A stretch of 64,000 nt of DNA from Chthoniobacteraceae bacterium (GTDB lineage: Bacteria; Verrucomicrobiota; Verrucomicrobiia; Chthoniobacterales; Chthoniobacteraceae): NCBI GenBank assembly GCA_031409655.1, contig JANNXQ010000170.1, positions 32,001 through 96,000 on the forward strand, in the 5' to 3' direction. The position numbers and the translations under genes were made by a program. The notes below the pieces were generated by a model. It saw only the letters and a list, made by a program, of their open reading frames with translations, did not search any database and had not been told where the DNA came from. Shown here in pieces: positions 58,427 to 64,000 of the stretch (position 1 is its first letter; every line of letters starts with the position of its first letter).

Positions 58427-59536
58427 ATGAGCCTTTCCTCCATTCTTGCTTCACGCGGCCCTCGCTGGCGGTGGTGGGCGGTGCTGGTTAGCGTAGTGGG
58501 GATGGCGGTCGCTTGGGCAGCGATGGGGAGGCGTGCGGTGGATCCGGTGATGGGGACGCCGCGGCTGGCGCTGGAGGCGGTCTCGGGGGCGTCGATCTAT
58601 TTCAATGCGGGCGCGCTGCCTTGGCTGCGGACTTTGCGTCCCGAGTTGGTGACGGAGGCGACGCGCGATCCGCAGGGTGAGATGGCGCGGAATTTCGCCC
58701 GCGCGATGCAACTGCCGAAGTTCTTTCGACAGCTCGATCGCCAGTTGCGCTTCGATACGCTGCTGCTCGTCGGGAATCCGAGTGAGTATCGCCCCTTGCT
58801 CGAGCATCTCGTGGAGGTGAAGGATTTCGCGCCGGTGTATGTCGATCACTGGGCGATCATTTTCAAACGCGGCACGTCCCCCGTTTGGGCGCCGGCGCAA
58901 CTCGATGGATTGCGCGCACGGTTGGCGGGGCTGGCGGCGCGTGATCGGGCTACGGCGCTGGCGGAGACGGCGGTGCGTTTGGGTTCGTTGCGCAGGGTGG
59001 ATGAAGCGCGGGGTTTGCTCGATGAGGCGGAGCAGCTCGATGGGCAGTCGGCGGCGATGTGGAATGCGCGGGCGGTCCTGCATAGCCAGCGGGGCGAGTG
59101 GAAGGAGGCGCTGGCGTGTGCGGATCGGGCGCTCGCGGGGAAAATGGAGCCGCTCGCCGCGCTGGCGACCAAGACGCAGGCGCTCTATGCGATGAAGCAG
59201 TTCTCTGCGGCTTACTACTTGTCGTCCTACCTCGTTGAGCGCGTGCCGGAAGATCCGGGCATCCTTTTCTATCACGCAAAGATCGCCCACGAAGCGCACG
59301 CGTATAAAGCCGAGATCGCCGCGCTGGAAAAGCTGATCGCGCAGGCCGCGGCGGCTCGCTGGCCGACGTCCGGTTACTCGATCTATCTCGGGCAAGCGTA
59401 TGCGGCGGCGAGCGAGGGCGAGCGGTCGGTGGCGGCGTTTACGAAGGCGCTCGAGGATGAGGATTTGCCGAAGGAGCAGCGGGATTTTGCGCTGGAAAAT
59501 ATTCGGCGGATCAAGAGCCGCGTGGGGATCGAGTGA
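58427..59536 (+). CDS. Membrane-anchored protein with C-terminal TPR repeats
   Basis: N-terminal TM helix; Ala-rich helical repeats in the C-terminal half. Confidence 0.75.
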   Translation: MSLSSILASRGPRWRWWAVLVSVVGMAVAWAAMGRRAVDPVMGTPRLALEAVSGASIYFNAGALPWLRTLRPELVTEATRDPQGEMARNFARAMQLPKFFRQLDRQLRFDTLLLVGNPSEYRPLLEHLVEVKDFAPVYVDHWAIIFKRGTSPVWAPAQLDGLRARLAGLAARDRATALAETAVRLGSLRRVDEARGLLDEAEQLDGQSAAMWNARAVLHSQRGEWKEALACADRALAGKMEPLAALATKTQALYAMKQFSAAYYLSSYLVERVPEDPGILFYHAKIAHEAHAYKAEIAALEKLIAQAAAARWPTSGYSIYLGQAYAAASEGERSVAAFTKALEDEDLPKEQRDFALENIRRIKSRVGIE

Positions 59537-59542
59537 GCCGGG

Positions 59543-60208
59543 CTACTGCGGCTCCAGGAGGGCGCGCAGATCATTCTCCGGTCGCTGGAGACGGAAGACT
59601 TGGAGGCCGGCGGACTCGGCGCCGCCCCAATCGCAGCGCGGGTCGTCGCCGACGTGCAGGACGGCGCCGGCGTCGAGTCCGCAGAGATCGAGGGCGTGCT
59701 GGAAAATCCACGGGTCGGGTTTGTCGGCACCGACTTCGCTGGAGAGGACGATGTGCTGAAAGTCATCCGTGAGGCCAAGGTCGGTGAGGATGGTGCGCAG
59801 CCGGGCGTCGAAGTTTGAGACGACGCACAGGGTGTGGCGTGCGGCCAGAGCGGTGAGCACGTCCCCGATTTCTGGGTAGATCTCCCACACTCCGGGTCGG
59901 GTGAACTCATCGTAGAGCTCCGCAAAGTAGGCGTCGCGATCCAGGCGCGACGGCGCAACACGCAACGCATCCAAGACAGACCAGACCAATTCCCGCCACC
60001 AGCCACGATCGTCGTCGGCGCGCGCCTTCCGGGTGGAAGCGCGGGGAGGCATCGCTTTCCAGGAGGCGCGAAACGCAGCGGAGAGCGCGGCCTCTTCGAG
60101 TTCGCAGCCGTGGCGCCGGGCAACATTCCGATAGTGAAAGCCAACCCCGCGCGGCAGATGGATGAGCGTTCCTGCGGCGTCGAAGAAAATCGCACGGGGG
60201 GCGGTCAC
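59543..60208 (-). CDS. HAD-superfamily hydrolase (subfamily IA)
   Basis: FFDAAGTL, VSNFD, KPDP, HVGDD..CD..GA. Confidence 0.92.
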   Translation of the reverse strand: MTAPRAIFFDAAGTLIHLPRGVGFHYRNVARRHGCELEEAALSAAFRASWKAMPPRASTRKARADDDRGWWRELVWSVLDALRVAPSRLDRDAYFAELYDEFTRPGVWEIYPEIGDVLTALAARHTLCVVSNFDARLRTILTDLGLTDDFQHIVLSSEVGADKPDPWIFQHALDLCGLDAGAVLHVGDDPRCDWGGAESAGLQVFRLQRPENDLRALLEPQ

Positions 60209-60924
60209 TGCTTGCGCGGGCGTTCGCTCTCACCGGTCATCGGAACAAACATGACCGGAAGTACCGCGCGCTGCTCGACGGAGCCGCCGCGCTTTTCGAG
60301 CACGTGCAGGCGCTGCCCGTTTGCATCACCCACGGGGATGATCATCCGCCCGCCTTCGCGCAACTGCCGGATGAGTGGCTCGGGGACGTGATCCGGCGCG
60401 CAGGTCACGATGACGGCGTCGAAGGGCGCGGCGTCCGGCCAGCCTTGATAACCGTCGCCGGCGCGGACGTGGACGTTTGTGAAACCGAGCCGCTCCAGAT
60501 CCATCGCCGACTGGCGGGCGAGCCGCTCCACGATCTCGATCGAATACACCTCGGCGACCAATTTCCCCAACACGGCCGCCTGGTAGCCCGAGCCAGTGCC
60601 GATCTCGAGCACGCGATCGGTGGGCTGGAGACGGAGTTGCTCGGTCATGAAGGCGACGATGTACGGCTGCGAGATCGTCTGGCCGTCGCCGATGGGCAGG
60701 GGACGATCTTCGTAAGCGCGTTCGCGCAAATTCGCGGGAACAAACTCGTGCCGCGGCACGGCGCGCATCGCGGCGAGGACGCGCTCCTCGGCGATCCCGC
60801 GGGTGACGAGTTGTTCCTCGATCATCGTGGTGCGGCTCTGCATGGGGTCAAACGCTCGGGGTGAGTCTCCCCGACCGCACGCGGTGAGAGCGAGGAAGCA
60901 GAGAATCAACCCTTCACGTTTCAT
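60205..60924 (-). CDS. pcm: Protein-L-isoaspartate O-methyltransferase with a possible lipoprotein signal
   Basis: VPRHEF, GQTISQPYIVA, VLEIGTGSGYQAAVL, GDGYQGW, FVPM. Confidence 0.95.
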   Translation of the reverse strand: MKREGLILCFLALTACGRGDSPRAFDPMQSRTTMIEEQLVTRGIAEERVLAAMRAVPRHEFVPANLRERAYEDRPLPIGDGQTISQPYIVAFMTEQLRLQPTDRVLEIGTGSGYQAAVLGKLVAEVYSIEIVERLARQSAMDLERLGFTNVHVRAGDGYQGWPDAAPFDAVIVTCAPDHVPEPLIRQLREGGRMIIPVGDANGQRLHVLEKRGGSVEQRAVLPVMFVPMTGESERPRKQ

Positions 60925-60982
60925 TGTTCGCGTTGCACCCTGCGGCCGAAGTCGAGCGCGCGCAACTTGTGCGAAGGCCCGC

Positions 60983-61837
60983 TCAATCGCGGAAGACCAC
61001 GGTCTTCTTTCCGTGCATCAGGACGCGATCCGCGAGGTGCCAGCGGACGCTGCGGGCCAGCGCGAGGCGCTCGCATTCGCGGCCGAGGCGCACGAGTTCC
61101 TCCGCGGTGTGGAAGTGCTCCACGCGCACGACTTCCTGATCGACGATCGGCCCGGCGTCGAGTTCCGCGGTGGCGTAGTGGCAGGTGGCGCCGATCAATT
61201 TCACGCCGCGCTCGTAAGCGCGCTGATAGGGATTCGCGCCGACGAAGGACGGCAGGAAGGAGTGGTGGATATTCATGATCCGGCCGTGGAATTCTGCGCA
61301 CAGCTCCGGCGGGACGATCTGCATGAAGCGCGCGAGGACGACGAGGTCCGCGCCCGCTTCGCGAAAGATGCGCGCCATTTCGGCGAAGGCTGCCGACTTT
61401 TCTCCGGGGCTCATGGGGATGTGGCGGAAGGTGAGGCCTTCGCGTTCGACCATTTCGCGGAAGTCTTCGTGATTCGAGATCACGCAGGGAATTTCAAAAC
61501 GGAACTCGCCGGAGCGCCAGCGCCAGAGCAGGTCGGCGAGGCAGTGCCCGAGCCGACTCACGAGCAGCACGACTTTCATCGGAGCCTCCTCCGCGCGGAT
61601 GGACCACTCGGCTTGCAGCTCCTCGCCGATCGGCGCGAAGTCCGCGCGGAGAGCGGGGAGATCGACTTGGAGCGTCGCGGTGTCGATGGCCATGCGGGTG
61701 AAAAACCAGCCGGCCTGGGCATCAGTGAACTGGTGGACTTCGAGCAAATTTCCGCCGTGCCGGGCGACGAAGCTGGAGACGAGCGAAAGCAGCCCGACGC
61801 GGTCGGGGCAACTGAGTTTCAGGAGCGTGGTGGGCAT
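60983..61837 (-). CDS. purU: Formyltetrahydrofolate deformylase
   Basis: ACT domain CPDRVG; VLARFMQI, NIHHSFLPSF, GVKLIGATCHY...LDAGPI. Confidence 0.96.
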   Translation of the reverse strand: MPTTLLKLSCPDRVGLLSLVSSFVARHGGNLLEVHQFTDAQAGWFFTRMAIDTATLQVDLPALRADFAPIGEELQAEWSIRAEEAPMKVVLLVSRLGHCLADLLWRWRSGEFRFEIPCVISNHEDFREMVEREGLTFRHIPMSPGEKSAAFAEMARIFREAGADLVVLARFMQIVPPELCAEFHGRIMNIHHSFLPSFVGANPYQRAYERGVKLIGATCHYATAELDAGPIVDQEVVRVEHFHTAEELVRLGRECERLALARSVRWHLADRVLMHGKKTVVFRD

Positions 61838-61909
61838 GGCGGGTCAGGGCAGAGTTGAGTGTTAAGAGCCGTCTTGCGAGCGCGGGATTCGCCACGCAAC
61901 CTGCGACCC

Positions 61910-63601
61910 ATGACTCCCCCGCGCTGGCTCCTCCCGACTCCGATCGATCCGGCGCAGACGCGGGTGCTGGTGAAGAAGCTCGGGCTCGCGCGCTTCGCGG
62001 CCGAGCTGCTGGTGCGGCGCGGGTTTGGCACGGCGGAGGAGGCGGAGAGTTTTCTCGATCCGCGACTGCAGACGCTCGGCGATCCTTTTTTGCTGCCGCA
62101 AATGGAGGCGGCGGTGACGCGCATCCTCGCAGCGGTCGATGGCGGCGAACGCATCGCGCTCTACGGCGACTACGATGTGGATGGCGTGACTTCGCTCGCG
62201 CTGCTCTCCCGCGTGCTCGAAGCCTACGGTGCGGCGCCAGCGTGTTTCCTGCCGACGCGCGGGGATGAAGGTTACGGACTGAGCCTGGACGGAGTGGCGC
62301 GGTGTGTCGAGACGCTGCAGCCGCGCCTGCTCATCGCGGTGGATTGCGGCACGGGATCCGTGGACGAGATCGCGGCGCTCGGGGCGCAGGGGATCGACGT
62401 GATCGTGATCGACCATCACGAGTGCAAGGAGACGCTGCCGGCCTGCGTGGCGCTGGTGAATCCGAAGCTCGGCACCGATTACCAATATCTGTGCAGTGTC
62501 GGGCTCGTCTTCAAAGTCGCACACGCGCTGCTCAAGCGGCGAGCGGTGCCGGGGTTCGACCTCAAGGAATGTCTCGATCTCGTGGCGCTCGGCACGGTTG
62601 CGGACCTCGTGCCGATCCGGGATGAAAATCGCGTGGTCGTGAAACGCGGCCTGGTCCAGCTCGCGCGCTCGAAGTGGCCGGGCGTGCGTGCGCTCATTGA
62701 GGTGACGGCGCTGCGTCCGCCGCTCACGCCGGCGAATGTAGGCTTCGGGCTCGGTCCCCGGCTGAATGCGGCCGGGCGGCTCGGGACGGCGGAGGCGGCG
62801 CTGGAGCTTTTGCTCACCCACGACGCGACGCGCGCGACCAGCATCGCCACGGCGCTCGATACGCAGAACCGCGAACGGCGCGCCGTGGAGGATGACGTTT
62901 TCCGCCAGGCCGAGGCGCAGCTCGCGGAGTGGTTTGATCCGGCGCGCGATGCGGGGATCGTCGTCGGTGCGCGCGGCTGGCACACCGGCGTGGTCGGGAT
63001 CGTGGCGTCGCGATTGCAGAAAAAACATCATCGTCCCACGCTGGTGATTGGCTTCGATGACGAGGGCGTCGGAAAGGGAAGCGGACGGAGCATCGAAGGC
63101 TTCTCGCTCGTCGCGGCGCTCGAGCATTGCACGGAGCTGCTGGAAAAACATGGCGGCCACGAGATGGCGGCCGGGCTCACCTTGCACGAGGCGCGGTTTG
63201 TGGAATTGCGCGACGCCTTCCGGGCCTGCGCCCGCGCGCGGCTGAGCGCCGAGCAGCTCCAGCCGCGCCTCCATCTCGATGCCGAGATCACACTCGGCGA
63301 GATCGACTACACGCTGCTCGATCAGCACGAGGCCTTGCAGCCTTTTGGCATGGGCAATCCGCAGCCGCTCTTCTGCGCGCGCGGCGTCACTCTCGCCGGC
63401 GAGCCGCGCGTGATGAAAGAGAAGCACTACTCTTTCCTGCTCCGCCAGCAGGGCGACGAATACCGGGCGGTCTGGTTTGGCGGAGTCGCGATCGGGCTGC
63501 CGCGGCTGCCGTGGGACATTGCCTTCCACATCGAGCGGAATGAGTGGAACGGGTCCGTGAGCCCGCAGATCCAGATCCGGGCGGTGCGCGCGGCGGAGTA
63601 A
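61910..63601 (+). CDS. recJ: ssDNA exonuclease RecJ
   Basis: YGDYDVDG, VDCG, DHH, LGTVADLVP, PRLNAAGRL, GSGRS, GGHEMAAG, PFGMGNP. Confidence 0.97.
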   Translation: MTPPRWLLPTPIDPAQTRVLVKKLGLARFAAELLVRRGFGTAEEAESFLDPRLQTLGDPFLLPQMEAAVTRILAAVDGGERIALYGDYDVDGVTSLALLSRVLEAYGAAPACFLPTRGDEGYGLSLDGVARCVETLQPRLLIAVDCGTGSVDEIAALGAQGIDVIVIDHHECKETLPACVALVNPKLGTDYQYLCSVGLVFKVAHALLKRRAVPGFDLKECLDLVALGTVADLVPIRDENRVVVKRGLVQLARSKWPGVRALIEVTALRPPLTPANVGFGLGPRLNAAGRLGTAEAALELLLTHDATRATSIATALDTQNRERRAVEDDVFRQAEAQLAEWFDPARDAGIVVGARGWHTGVVGIVASRLQKKHHRPTLVIGFDDEGVGKGSGRSIEGFSLVAALEHCTELLEKHGGHEMAAGLTLHEARFVELRDAFRACARARLSAEQLQPRLHLDAEITLGEIDYTLLDQHEALQPFGMGNPQPLFCARGVTLAGEPRVMKEKHYSFLLRQQGDEYRAVWFGGVAIGLPRLPWDIAFHIERNEWNGSVSPQIQIRAVRAAE

Positions 63602-63660
63602 GCGGAGCCGTTGCTTGCGGACTTGCCGCATCCTCCGTGGTTGCCACAACATCCACGAAC

Positions 63661-64000
63661 ATGCCGCCGCGCCCTCCTTCCTGTGTCATCGAAAATGTCC
63701 GGCCCATCGTCGAGCACGGGCGCTATCCGGTAAAGCGGGTGGTGGGCGAAGACATCGTCGTGGAGGCCGATGTCTTCAAGGATGGCCACGATGTCGTGAG
63801 CGCGGTGCTGAAGTGGCGGAAGCAGGGCGACAGCAAATGGCACGAGACGCCGATGCAGATCATCGACTCCTTTAACAAGGATCTCTGGCGCGGCGTCTTC
63901 ACGGTGTTTGAGAATGCGATCCACGAGTTCACCATCGAAGCGTGGGGTGACACCTTTCGCTCCTGGCAGCATGAGTTTGAGGTGAAATTTGCGGCGGCGC
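63661..64000 (+). CDS. glgE: Alpha-1,4-glucan:maltose-1-phosphate maltosyltransferase, N-terminal part (runs off the window)
   Basis: Not in the ORF track; manual translation MPPRPPSCVIENVRPIVEHGRYPVKRVVGEDIVVEADVFKDGHDVV...IEAWGDTFRSW matches the GlgE N-terminal domain. Confidence 0.85.
   Translation, partial: MPPRPPSCVIENVRPIVEHGRYPVKRVVGEDIVVEADVFKDGHDVVSAVLKWRKQGDSKWHETPMQIIDSFNKDLWRGVFTVFENAIHEFTIEAWGDTFRSWQHEFEVKFAAA

Noticed and set aside
56253..63652. Long antisense ORFs (538 aa and 596 aa)
   Set aside because: Shadows of the TPR gene and recJ

Overview
GC-rich bacterial window, probably from a Verrucomicrobia/PVC organism (inferred from protein style and repeat types, not from a marker gene). 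It has three blocks. (1) 1-25.9 kb: a minus-strand, tightly coupled surface-glycan locus headed by a GbsR/MarR-type regulator. It holds Wzm/Wzt ABC exporter genes, more than ten GT2/GT4/GT9/GT47-like glycosyltransferases, four SAM methyltransferases, two acyl/acetyltransferases, a HAD-UbiA polyprenyl-phosphate phosphoribosyltransferase, a GT-C-like membrane protein and two decayed GT2 pseudogenes. (2) 26.5-44.2 kb: transcribed divergently, two tandem paralogous cassettes. Each is a giant secreted protein of about 2300-2500 aa (Ca-binding repeats, Calx-beta, three PA14, Ig-like, CHRD, DUF1800) followed by a Tat-exported DUF1501 protein. The PA14 and DUF1800 domains are interrupted by nested copies of a small beta module whose position differs between the paralogs. 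(3) 44.3-64 kb: housekeeping genes: aldehyde dehydrogenase, aas, a Spinster-like MFS, mutS with an in-frame REP doublet, hisG, a bS22/COX24-like small protein, TPR proteins, tRNA-Lys(UUU), pcm, purU, recJ and the 5' part of glgE. All domain calls come from motif recognition by eye; no searches were run.
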